From an uncultured Acidobacteriota bacterium (lineage in GTDB: Bacteria > Acidobacteriota > Terriglobia > Acidiferrales > UBA7541): 64,000 nt of DNA. The stretch covers positions 48,639 through 112,638 of the forward strand of contig CAWIRL010000010.1 of the NCBI GenBank assembly GCA_963838545.1, read 5' to 3'. The notes below the pieces were generated by a model. That model searched no databases. It was not told the origin of the DNA and saw only the letters and a list, made by a program, of their open reading frames with translations. Both the position numbers and the translations under genes were made by a program. Numbering within the stretch: position 1 is the stretch's first letter; every line of letters begins with the position of its first letter. Positions 56,167 through 64,000 of the stretch are shown in pieces.

Positions 56167-56652
56167 ATGCCCGAAACCTTCCTTCACTGTTCCCTAATCC
56201 CCGCCTCAGCCGAAAAAGTTTTCCAATGGCACGCCGCCCCCAACGCCCTAGCCCTCCTCTCCCCACCCTGGGAACCCGTAGAAATCCTCACCCCCGCCCC
56301 CGGCATCCGCAACGGCGATCGCGGCGCCTTACGCGTCCGCCTCGGCCCCCTAAAACTCCGCTGGGAATTCCAACACGCCAACTTCATCGAAAATCGCCAA
56401 TTCCAGGACATCCAAACCAAAGGCCCCTTCAAATCCTGGACGCACACGCACACCTTTACCCCCGCAGGCCCAGACTCCTGCTGGCTCGAAGACCGCATCG
56501 AATTCGAATTACCGCTGGGAATCCTGGGGAAATGGATCGCTGCAAAAATGGTCAGAAACAAACTGGAGAAATTATTCGCCTACCGCCACCGCGTAACCGC
56601 CGAAGCCATGCAAGTACCCGTGCACCTGCCGCTCACCTCTCCGCCACGATAA
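56167..56652 (+). CDS. SRPBCC (START/cyclase-dehydrase-like) ligand-binding protein
   Basis: 161 aa. The pattern 'VFQWHAAPNALALLSPPWEPVEIL..GDRGALRVRLGPLKLRWEFQH..FQDIQTKGPFKSWTHTHTF' is typical of small SRPBCC proteins. Confidence 0.7.
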   Translation: MPETFLHCSLIPASAEKVFQWHAAPNALALLSPPWEPVEILTPAPGIRNGDRGALRVRLGPLKLRWEFQHANFIENRQFQDIQTKGPFKSWTHTHTFTPAGPDSCWLEDRIEFELPLGILGKWIAAKMVRNKLEKLFAYRHRVTAEAMQVPVHLPLTSPPR

Positions 56653-57400
56653 AAATCCTCCGGAACGGAAACAGCGTCTTCCCATCCGCCTGCCGCGGAT
56701 ACGCCCGCGCAATTTTCTCCGCATACGCCGCCACAAATTCCCGCCCCTCGCTCTCCCCCAACGCCTGCACGTACGGCCGCAATTGCGTCCCGCGATAAAA
56801 TTCCACCACCGGATTCTCGCCCTCCATCACGTGCTGGTAAATCGTCTCCCAGATATCCAATCGCGACGCCGCCGGCGAGAGCCAGCGCCAATATTGCTCC
56901 GGCGTATGCACCACCAAGCCCAAAGTCAGCGGCAGCAATCTCTCCCGCCACCGCGCTTCCCGCGCCGTCTCCAACAGCAGCAAATGTCCCGGCGATTCCA
57001 CATGCCGCGGCATCTGCATCGCCAGAATTCCCCCGCGGCGCACCTGCTCCATCAACCGCGGCAAAAGCTGCTCGTGGCCCGGCACCCATTGCAGCGTCGC
57101 ATTCGAAAAAATCAAATCCGCCGCTGCATCCGCGCGCCACTCCGCAATGTCCGCCTGCACCCACTCCATCTCCGGAAATTCTCCGCGCGCGTGCGCCAGC
57201 ATTTCCGCCGAGGAATCCACTCCCGTAACGCGCGCTCCGGGCCAGCGCTCCTGCAGCGCCTTCGTCAAATGTCCCGTGCCGCATCCCAAATCGTAGACGC
57301 GCTCGCACCCCTCCAACGGAATCCGCTGCATCAAATCCAAAGCCGCGCGAAAGCGGATATTTGAAAACTGCAAATAAGTTTCAGGATTCCAGACGGTCAT
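56633..57400 (-). CDS. tam: Trans-aconitate 2-methyltransferase
   Basis: 255 aa. 'WNPETYLQFSNIRFRAALDLM', SAM motif 'VYDLGCGTGHLT', 'DLIFSNATLQWVPGHEQLLPRL'. It overlaps the convergent SRPBCC gene by 20 bp. Confidence 0.85.
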   Translation of the reverse strand: MTVWNPETYLQFSNIRFRAALDLMQRIPLEGCERVYDLGCGTGHLTKALQERWPGARVTGVDSSAEMLAHARGEFPEMEWVQADIAEWRADAAADLIFSNATLQWVPGHEQLLPRLMEQVRRGGILAMQMPRHVESPGHLLLLETAREARWRERLLPLTLGLVVHTPEQYWRWLSPAASRLDIWETIYQHVMEGENPVVEFYRGTQLRPYVQALGESEGREFVAAYAEKIARAYPRQADGKTLFPFRRIFIVAER

Positions 57401-57449
57401 CGCTGTTCAGCCAAATAACTCCGCCGGCAGGGAGCCGGCGCCGCGCTGC

Positions 57450-58158
57450 TTACCAAACTTCCCGCTCTTCTTCTTTTTCCCGTTTCGTTTTCTTCCGCCG
57501 CTCCGCTTCTTCCTGCTTCTCGTACTCCGCGATTTCTTCTTCGGTCATCTGATATTCGCTGCGCGAGGCGAACATGGAATTTCCACGCTGGTCTTTCACC
57601 GCCTGATTCATCCGCGTCTTCCCCGATGTTTCGAATCGCGATGTCCGCGTCGATCGCGCTATCGCCCCCGCTTCCATCAGCAGGTCGCTGATCTTTTCAA
57701 AAAAATCATGAAAATGATAAGGCAAAATCGCGTACGGCAATTCCTCGCGCTCCAGTTCCATCACCGCGCCCGCCGCTAGCTCCGCCGGCACCAGAAACAT
57801 TACCCGCAATCTCCCGCTTCCGCACTTTCTTTACTTCATCCGGGCTTCGTTTCACCGCCGACCGCGTCAATTCCTTCTCATCTTCCTCCTCGATCGTCAC
57901 TCCTTCCGCGTGCGCCAGGTCCTTCAGTATCGGAAACAGCGCTCCTTCCAGCGGCGCCAGTTCGACATTCGCGATCACCAGATCCCACGCCCCGCTCACC
58001 AATTGCTGCAGCGTCTCCTGCGCGCCCGTCACCACCTGCACGTGCCAGCCTTCCGCGCCCAGCAGCAGACGCAAAGCCTGTTGCCCCGCCGGCGTCGGAT
58101 CCAATATCAGAATCCCCACTTCCCGCGCCGCAGCCTTCGTTTTTTCCGCGTTGGCCAT
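57450..58158 (-). pseudogene. Atypical receiver-like (pseudo-receiver) protein with charged insertion and Glu/Lys-rich tail, one frameshift
   Basis: ORF 57706..58158 ('VGILILDPTPAG..AWDLVIANVELAPLEG') continues in ORF 57450..57809 ('RVMFLVPAE..'), one frame over, with the junction near 57805-57815. Asn sits where the phospho-acceptor Asp is expected (manual alignment). Confidence 0.55.
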
Positions 58159-58298
58159 CGCAGCCAGTATAAAAGTCCAGTTCTATAACCCTGTTCTTTT
58201 CGTCGCCCCGGTTTCCACGCCGCCACTCGCACTCCGCGCAGGCCCATTTCTGCGCCCCTGTCCCTCTGTACAGGCGAAAGGAAAGCGAAAAATAATCC

Positions 58299-58328
58299 TT
58301 GACTTGGCGAACAAAAGGCGAATACTAT
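58299..58328 (+). promoter_or_regulatory. Sigma70-like promoter of the radical SAM gene
   Basis: TTGACT (58299-58304), an 18-nt spacer, then TACTAT (58323-58328). The ORF-track TTG start at 58299 is this -35 hexamer, which argues for the ATG at 58353. Confidence 0.4.
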
Positions 58329-58352
58329 CCCTCTCGTGCGGCGAGGCTTTCG

Positions 58353-59645
58353 ATGGCCACTACTAACACTCTTCGACCGGCAGCGCATCTTTCCCGGATT
58401 CGCTCCGTCCGGACGAAGCAGACCAGTCTCTCCTTATTCCCCCATGCCGCTCGCCACGGCAACGATGCAATCGCCTGCAGCGCTTCCGCGCCCACCCCGG
58501 CGCCTAACCGGGGAGCGAAGCCTGCGGCGGAACTGGTCGGCATTGCGCGCCTCGCCGCTTCCTCCCCCTGCGCCGATGCCAAGCGGGGCACCGAGTATTT
58601 CGTTCTTCCCGTTCGCTCCATAATCAATCGCTGCGATTCCGATCGCGTGCCCTTCAAATTCACCGTCAATCCCTACCGCGGATGCGAATTCGGCTGCCAC
58701 TACTGCTACGCCCGTTACACCCACGAATTCATGGAGCTCGATGGCGGCGATTTCGAAAAGAAAATCTACGCCAAGCGCGACGCGGGCGCCCTCGTGGCCC
58801 GCGATCTAGAAAATCCCCGCCTCGACGGCGAGCACATCGCCATCGGCGCCGCCACCGATCCTTATCAGCCGGCAGAACGCGAATTCGGCGTCACTCGCAC
58901 CATCCTGGAAAAAATGGCCGAGCGTTCCGGCTTAAGCGTCTCCATCACCACGAAATCCAATCAGGTCCTCCGCGATCTCGATCTGCTCAAGCGCATCGCC
59001 GAAAAATCCTCCATCTCCGTCAACCTCTCCATCACCACCATGCGCACCCGTCTAGCCGCCCTCCTCGAGCCCCGCGCTCCCAGACCCGACTTGCGCATGG
59101 AAGCCGTCAAAGAATTGAACGCCGCCGGGATCGCCGCTGGAGTGCTGGCCATGCCCATCATTCCCGGCATCACCGATGCGCAGGGCGATCTAGAAGAACT
59201 GGTCCGCTCCGCCCGCGATGCCAACGCTCAATGGGTCGGCGCACGCGTCCTGTACCTGATGCCCGCCGCCCAAAAGCAGTTCCTGCCCTTCGTACAAAAA
59301 AGATTCCCGCGCCTGGCCCGCCAGTACGACGAATGGTACAGGCGCAGCAATGGCGCCCCAAAAACTTACACCGACGAACTGACCCAGCGCTTCGCCGCCC
59401 TCCGCAAAAAATACAACATCAACTCCCGGCCCACGGTCCCGATGCCGCCGCCCCAAAGCGCCCCGCAAATGACCCTAGGCCTCTCGCCATCCGGCGACCA
59501 AGCAACAATCGTCCTACTACCGGGCATGCCCGCAATTCCGAAGCCCTGTGTAGCGCCGCCCTCTCGGGGCGGCATCCGGCCCTCTCCCTCAAATGATGAG
59601 GAGCACCACTCAATTTCTCTCACCAATTTTTCAGTGAATTGTTGA
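58353..59645 (+). CDS. Radical SAM protein (SplB / 'DNA repair photolyase' COG1533-like family)
   Basis: 'NPYRGCEFGCHYCYARY' CxxxCxxC cluster motif. 'ATDPYQPAE', 'ITTKSNQVLRDLDLL', 'MPIIPGITD'. Confidence 0.85.
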   Translation: MATTNTLRPAAHLSRIRSVRTKQTSLSLFPHAARHGNDAIACSASAPTPAPNRGAKPAAELVGIARLAASSPCADAKRGTEYFVLPVRSIINRCDSDRVPFKFTVNPYRGCEFGCHYCYARYTHEFMELDGGDFEKKIYAKRDAGALVARDLENPRLDGEHIAIGAATDPYQPAEREFGVTRTILEKMAERSGLSVSITTKSNQVLRDLDLLKRIAEKSSISVNLSITTMRTRLAALLEPRAPRPDLRMEAVKELNAAGIAAGVLAMPIIPGITDAQGDLEELVRSARDANAQWVGARVLYLMPAAQKQFLPFVQKRFPRLARQYDEWYRRSNGAPKTYTDELTQRFAALRKKYNINSRPTVPMPPPQSAPQMTLGLSPSGDQATIVLLPGMPAIPKPCVAPPSRGGIRPSPSNDEEHHSISLTNFSVNC

Positions 59646-59685
59646 AGCTCTGCTTGCAACCATCAAACGCGAAAGGACGCGCACA

Positions 59686-59904
59686 ATGAAGATGAAAATT
59701 AAATCCGCCAGCTCCCTAATCCTCCTAACCGGCATCCTCTCCTACGCCGCCCTGCAAATCGCTCTAACCGGCCCAAACGCCACGCTAACCGCCGGCCCCC
59801 AACCTCAAATCTCCTCCCCGCAAAAAACCGATCGCCCCGCGCCCGCTCCCCATCGCGAAAAATCCCCTCGCCACTCGCAAATCTATTTCGCTACGGCACG
59901 ATAA
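59686..59904 (+). CDS. Small hypothetical exported protein (72 aa), weak call
   Basis: ATG preceded by GAAAGGA. Signal-like 'SASSLILLTGILSYAALQIA', then a Pro-rich tail. It overlaps the convergent gene by 14 nt, and there is no family signal. Confidence 0.3.
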   Translation: MKMKIKSASSLILLTGILSYAALQIALTGPNATLTAGPQPQISSPQKTDRPAPAPHREKSPRHSQIYFATAR

Positions 59905-60535
59905 TCCGCGAAGCCTCGGCCGCCGGCGCTTCCGCTCCCCGCGGAAACTGCCCCCGCAGAAAATCCAAAAACGCCCGCGACCGCGGACGTCCATTCGTCT
60001 CATACTTCGCCACTCGCAAAAGAAACACGAACAACCGGTACATCTCCGAGTCCTTCACCCCTCCAAACGCCCCGCGCTTCTGCTCCTCCGCCCGGTATTC
60101 CGCCAAGAATTGTCCCAGCCGCTCATAAACCCCGCGCGCCGCCAAACCATCCGGCGGACGCTCATAGATAAGCCCGGTTCCCAAAGTCCGGTAAGTCTCC
60201 GCCAAAGCCCCCAGCGCCTCGATCGCACCCGAATCATCCACGGCAGGATTCTCAAAAGCCGCCTTCAAAATCGTATCTCCCAACCCCGAAATCAGCGGCT
60301 GCCGCTCATGAATCAAATCCATCGGAATTGATAGATCCGGATAAGGCGTCTCCCCCGGATTCACAGCCTTCCGGTGCTCCCGTTCCCACCGCCGCGCCGC
60401 AATCAAATAAGTGCAGTCCGCAGGACAATCAATCGAAACCTCCCGCTTCTCCCCGCAACAAACAGCACAGATCATCTCCGCCTTGGCAGGACAATACCTC
60501 TTTTGTTTCCTAATGTTACAAAGTGGGCAAACCAA
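59891..60535 (-). CDS. Hypothetical protein with an N-terminal 8-Cys cluster (zinc-ribbon or Fe-S-like)
   Basis: I prefer the TTG at 60535 (GGGAGGG 4 nt upstream) over the ORF-track start at 60649, which would translate a REP element. 'CPLCNIRKQKRYCPAKAEMICAVCCGEKREVSIDCPADC', then a helical domain. Confidence 0.6.
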   Translation of the reverse strand: MVCPLCNIRKQKRYCPAKAEMICAVCCGEKREVSIDCPADCTYLIAARRWEREHRKAVNPGETPYPDLSIPMDLIHERQPLISGLGDTILKAAFENPAVDDSGAIEALGALAETYRTLGTGLIYERPPDGLAARGVYERLGQFLAEYRAEEQKRGAFGGVKDSEMYRLFVFLLRVAKYETNGRPRSRAFLDFLRGQFPRGAEAPAAEASRIIVP

Positions 60536-60570
60536 GTAACCCTCCCGATCGCCGCGGCCGCCACCACACC

Positions 60571-60627
60571 CCGTAACGCCGGCTCGTCCTGAGCACAACG
60601 AAGGGCTGCCAGCCGGGGTCTGTCCCC
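60571..60627 (-). repeat. REP-like hairpin element, family 1, copy d (with a ~20-nt internal insertion)
   Basis: The reverse complement is GGGGACAGACCCCGGCTGGCAGCCC-ttcgttgtgctcaggacga-GCCGGCGTTACGG. The flanks are the same as in copies a-c. Confidence 0.5.
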
Positions 60628-60676
60628 AGGGAATACCTACCTCGACCACGAAAGTCCGCCAAACCGTCGTTTTTTA

Positions 60677-60705
60677 TTGACTTATCAGTCAATATATGCT
60701 AAGTT
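60677..60705 (+). promoter_or_regulatory. Sigma70-like promoter overlapping a 16-bp palindrome
   Basis: TTGACT (60677-60682), a 17-nt spacer, then TAAGTT (60700-60705). TTGACTTATCAGTCAA (60677-60692) is a 6-4-6 inverted repeat. No protein gene lies downstream on this strand. Confidence 0.35.
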
Positions 60706-61001
60706 CAATCAAGCTTCGCAGCCAAGCAGCACAAAAAACGCGAAGCAGCGACAAAAAATGTCACTCAGACCCATCATGAACACAATCCAACTCCCCAACA
60801 AAAAACCCACACCCCGCAACCCCACAAAAAAGGCGAACAAAAATCTAATCCATATTCAATTATTAGAATCCACTCTACTCCATTGAAAACAAAGGAGGGC
60901 CACTCGTTCTAATCCATACAAAATCACGTTTTCGAATTTCGATTTCAGCCGCCGGACAGGCAAACTGGCGAAGATCCTGCGAAGAAGAAGCACTCCAAGC
61001 A

Positions 61002-61655
61002 CTAAGCAGACGACGCCACGGCCAGGGCCATTTTTTCCGCCAGCGCCACGCCGTTCAGAATCGTCTCGATCACGTACTCGTCGCCGCGATCCGAGTTGAT
61101 CATCAAATCGTAGAGCTGCCGGCAGGGCCAATCCGCCCCAAAGTGTCGCTTGATGAATTGCGCCCGCTCGCGATCGATGGTGTCCACCAACTCGCGCGCC
61201 TCGGCTTCGCTTTTTCCCAGCGACCGCACCCGACGTATTTTTTCCTGCACCGGCGCAAACACAAACACGTGATACACATCCGGACGATTGCGCAGGATGT
61301 AAGGCGAACCGCGGCCCACAATCACCGAATTGCCGGTCTCCGCAACTTCTTCGATCACGCGCTGCAGCAGCGCCACCATCCGGTCGGTGTCGAAGGCGTG
61401 CCGCTCGCCGATCGGCAACGCCCGCTCGTGGCTGCCGCGCGCAAAAACTTTGAACAGCCGGTAGACCAGCGGATCGTTTCGTTCATCGTGCCGCGCCGCG
61501 GCTTCCGGCTCCACGTTCGCGCGGCGCGCGATTTCCTGGGTCAGTTGCGTGTCCCACAATTTCCAGCCCAGCCGCTGCGCCAATTTTTCCGCGATGCGCG
61601 CGCCGCCGCTGCCATATTCGCGTTCGACCGTGATGATGCGCATGGACATCGTCAC
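61002..61655 (-). CDS. Cytidylate kinase-like family protein (P-loop NTPase)
   Basis: 217 aa. 'IITVEREYGSGGARIAEKLAQRLGWKLWD', 'SVIVGRGSPYIL', 'RERAQFIKRHFGADW' are typical of the cytidylate-kinase-like family 2. Confidence 0.8.
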   Translation of the reverse strand: MTMSMRIITVEREYGSGGARIAEKLAQRLGWKLWDTQLTQEIARRANVEPEAAARHDERNDPLVYRLFKVFARGSHERALPIGERHAFDTDRMVALLQRVIEEVAETGNSVIVGRGSPYILRNRPDVYHVFVFAPVQEKIRRVRSLGKSEAEARELVDTIDRERAQFIKRHFGADWPCRQLYDLMINSDRGDEYVIETILNGVALAEKMALAVASSA

Positions 61656-61865
61656 CCGTGTGATGCCGATTCAATCCCGGAGGAGTCAAGCAAGCCTGCG
61701 GCGGATTATAACGCCGGAAAACGCGAAGGAGGCAAGCAGCAGTTGCAAGGCGGGCGTGAATCGCCGATGTCATTCATTAGCGCAAATCGCCGGCGTCAAC
61801 AGATTGATCGGAGGGAATTGACCGGACAGGATTCGCCGGAAGCGATTCGCCGGAAGCCGCGCGAG

Positions 61866-63458
61866 CTAGTGCGCCGGAGCGGCAGCGCCGGGTTTTGGTT
61901 TGCGCACCACGAACGCCACGGGAACGAGGCACAAAATCAAAAACGCTAAAATGCGAAACGTATCCACATATCCCAGCACTGCGGATTGCCGCGCCACCGT
62001 CGAAGCCACCAAACCGTACGCCTGCTGCTTCGCCAGCGCCGCCGACGATCCGTGCGCCTGCAGCGCGTGCGAAGCGCCCTGGATGACTCTTTGCAGCGCC
62101 GCATTTCCGGACGTCAGAAATTTCGAGAGGTCCACCTGATGCGCCTGCGACCTGCGGCTGATCATCGTTTCGACGAACGAAATGCCCACACTTCCGCCCA
62201 TGTTCCGCGCGAGATTAATCAACCCGGAAGCGGCATTGTTCTTCTCCGGCGGCAACGTGGCGTAAACGAGCGTGTTGATGGGCACAAACAAAAACGCCAG
62301 CGACGCCGCCTGGTACACGCGCGCCATCACCACGGTGTAAAAATCAATCTGGAGGTTAAACCGCGTCATATAAAAAAGCGATAACGATAGGACGAACAAA
62401 CCTGCCGACACTAGGTAGCGCGCGTCCGCTCGCCGGTTCAAAAGAAAGCCCACCACGGGCATGAACAGCATCACCGTGAATCCGCCGGGCATCAGCGCCA
62501 GCCCCGCTTCCTGCGCCGTGTAACCCATCAGCGTCTGGACGAATTGCGGCAGCAGCACGGTGGTGCCGTAGAGCGCCACGCCGAGCATGAACATCATGCC
62601 GTTGCCGACGGCGAAAGAGCGGTCCTTGAACAATCGCAAATCGATGATCGGATTTTTATGCCGCAGCTCCCAGATAACCACGGAGACCAGCGCCGCGGAT
62701 GCGATCACCGTGAGCGCCACGATGAAGCTCGATTCGAACCAGTCATCGCGCTGGCCCTTATCGAGCAAAATCTGCAGCGCGCCCAGTCCCACGGCCAGAA
62801 GCCCCAGTCCGAAATAATCGATTCCAGTTTTCGGCTTCTTCTGCTTCAGGCTCGGCGGATCGAAAATCAGCCGCGCCGTCAGCAGCAGCGAAAGGATGCC
62901 AACGGGAACGTTGATGTAAAAAATCCAGCGCCAGCTGTAGTTGTCGGTGATGTAGCCGCCGATCGTCGGCCCGATAGCCGGCGCCAGCACCACGGCCATT
63001 CCGTAAACCGCGAACGCCATCCCGCGCTTCGCGGGCGGAAACGTATCGGCCAGGATCGCTTGCTCGCTCGGCTGCAAGCCGCCGCCTCCGGCGCCCTGCA
63101 AAATCCGGAACACGATCAACATTCCGAGATTGGGAGCAAAGCCGCAAAGAAAGGAGCTCAACGTAAAGAGCGCCACGCAGCTCATATAAAAACGCTTGCG
63201 CCCAATCAGCCCGGAAAGCCAGCCGCTCAACGGCAGCACGATCGCGTTGGACACCAGATACGAAGTCAGCACCCAGGTGCTTTCATCGTTGCTGGCCGAA
63301 AGGCTTCCGGCGATGTGCGGCAGCGCGACGTTGGCGATGCTGGTGTCCAGCACTTCCATGAACGTCGCCAGCGTCACCGTCAGCGCGATGATCCACGGAT
63401 TGATGAGAGGCCGATCGAACGTCTGGCCCGGCGAAAATGTGGCTGCTGCCGCGCTCAT
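61866..63458 (-). CDS. MFS DHA2-family multidrug efflux transporter (EmrB/QacA type)
   Basis: 530 aa with 14 predicted TM stretches. 'FMEVLDTSIANVALPHIAGSL', 'LSGLIGRKRFYM', 'FRILQGAGGGGLQP'. The ATGA overlap with the upstream HlyD-family gene gives an EmrAB-like arrangement. Confidence 0.9.
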   Translation of the reverse strand: MSAAAATFSPGQTFDRPLINPWIIALTVTLATFMEVLDTSIANVALPHIAGSLSASNDESTWVLTSYLVSNAIVLPLSGWLSGLIGRKRFYMSCVALFTLSSFLCGFAPNLGMLIVFRILQGAGGGGLQPSEQAILADTFPPAKRGMAFAVYGMAVVLAPAIGPTIGGYITDNYSWRWIFYINVPVGILSLLLTARLIFDPPSLKQKKPKTGIDYFGLGLLAVGLGALQILLDKGQRDDWFESSFIVALTVIASAALVSVVIWELRHKNPIIDLRLFKDRSFAVGNGMMFMLGVALYGTTVLLPQFVQTLMGYTAQEAGLALMPGGFTVMLFMPVVGFLLNRRADARYLVSAGLFVLSLSLFYMTRFNLQIDFYTVVMARVYQAASLAFLFVPINTLVYATLPPEKNNAASGLINLARNMGGSVGISFVETMISRRSQAHQVDLSKFLTSGNAALQRVIQGASHALQAHGSSAALAKQQAYGLVASTVARQSAVLGYVDTFRILAFLILCLVPVAFVVRKPKPGAAAPAH

Positions 63459-64000
63459 TTCACCTTGACCTTGGGATCGACGGACATTCCGGGGCGCAGC
63501 AGATGATCTTTATTCTGGCCGGGCTCGAGAACGATTTTCACGGGCACGCGTTGCACCACTTTCACGTAATTGCCGGTGGCATTTTCCGGCGGCAGCAGGC
63601 TGAAGCGCGCGCCGCTCGCTCCGGCGATGCTGTCAACGTGGCCTTTGTAAGTGCGGCCGTAGGCGTCCACGGAAATTTCCGCGGGCTGGCCCGGGCGCAT
63701 GCGCTTGAGCTGAGTTTCTTTGTAGTTGGCAGTGACCCAGACGTCTTCGAGCGGCACGATCGAAATCAATTGCTGGCCGGGCGAAATATTCATGCCCACT
63801 TCGACGCTCTTGCTCACCACGCCGGCAACCGGCGCGACGATGGTGCAGTACTGCAAATTCAGCAGCGCTTGATCCAGCGCCGCTTTTTTCTGCGCCACGG
63901 CGGCGTCCGCGGAAGAAAATTGCGCTTTGCTCACCAGCACTTGATGCGGCGCGGTTTGCGCGGATTGCAGCGTGGCCTGCGCCTGCAGCAAGCGGCTCTG
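63455..64000 (-). CDS. HlyD-family membrane fusion protein (EmrA-like), 5' end outside window
   Basis: The frame is open to the window edge. Coiled-coil 'AQATLQSAQTAP..KAQFSSADAAVAQKKAALDQALLNLQY', then beta-barrel 'TIVAPVAGVVSK', 'WVTANYKETQL', 'NATGNYVKVVQRVPVKI'. Confidence 0.85.
   Translation of the reverse strand, partial: QSRLLQAQATLQSAQTAPHQVLVSKAQFSSADAAVAQKKAALDQALLNLQYCTIVAPVAGVVSKSVEVGMNISPGQQLISIVPLEDVWVTANYKETQLKRMRPGQPAEISVDAYGRTYKGHVDSIAGASGARFSLLPPENATGNYVKVVQRVPVKIVLEPGQNKDHLLRPGMSVDPKVKVK

Noticed and set aside
58353-59904. Radical SAM enzyme plus downstream 72-aa ORF as a RiPP-type biosynthetic pair
   Set aside because: The radical SAM protein matches the SplB/COG1533 'DNA photolyase-like' type rather than SPASM/RiPP maturases. 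The small ORF has a signal-peptide-like N-terminus and no Cys/Ser/Thr-rich core, and there is no transporter, protease or RRE nearby.
60891-60899. Strong SD-like AAAGGAGGG as the RBS of a missed gene
   Set aside because: No ATG, GTG or TTG lies at a suitable distance, and the frame hits TAA within 15 nt. I discuss it only as part of the candidate sRNA.
1-64000. Mobile element, prophage, integron or defence island
   Set aside because: I saw no transposase, integrase, recombinase, phage structural genes, toxin-antitoxin pair, restriction-modification or cas genes, and no tRNA integration site. The AT-rich patches (32.9-33.2 kb and 60.66-61.0 kb) are too small and gene-free to be called islands.

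Overview
This is a 64-kb, high-GC chromosomal segment that looks like Acidobacteriota. The lineage call is an inference from CarboxypepD_reg-type TonB-dependent receptors ending in an aromatic residue, PD40 propellers and many secreted hydrolases. I can support about 45 protein-coding loci. I found no rRNA, tRNA, CRISPR array, transposase, integrase or phage genes. Blocks from left to right: (1) hydrolases and a large secreted protein (1-6.2 kb); (2) a DHA2 efflux pump and a pirin; (3) a PUL-like sugar locus at 9.5-22.5 kb with a TonB receptor, GH-like protein, two PfkB kinases, DeoR, SIS isomerase, alpha-galactosidase-like lipoprotein and amidohydrolase; (4) DDAH plus a DAACS symporter; (5) a sensor kinase, an ABC-2 exporter and two M42 peptidase paralogs (26-32.8 kb); (6) a deoxynucleoside kinase, a TPR protein and a secreted hypothetical; (7) a phosphate module of orphan phoU and convergent phoR/phoB, with candidate Pho boxes; (8) a stand-alone Clp D2-type AAA+ gene followed by two tandem TonB receptors (the first degraded); (9) a translationally coupled operon of YfiR-like protein, CHASE8-type hybrid kinase, MASE1 kinase and REC-GGDEF; (10) miscellaneous enzymes (alpha/beta hydrolase, SRPBCC, Tam, radical SAM); (11) an EmrAB-like pump that runs off the right edge. 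The best candidate for an uncharacterised system is the TonB receptor / YfiR-like / two-kinase / diguanylate cyclase operon at 45.4-54.6 kb. Ten loci are broken by frameshifts that cluster in two patches (1.1-6.2 kb and 24.3-31.6 kb). Nearly all behave like single-base insertions, so I suspect patchy consensus error rather than real gene decay. Non-coding signals include a covarying structured repeat pair (6.28-6.55 kb), a 23-bp tandem repeat, an AT-rich palindrome island (32.9-33.2 kb), two REP-like hairpin families, and a promoter-proximal G-depleted CA-rich tract with five ACAAAAA motifs (60.7-60.9 kb). All homology statements come from reading motifs by eye; no searches were run.
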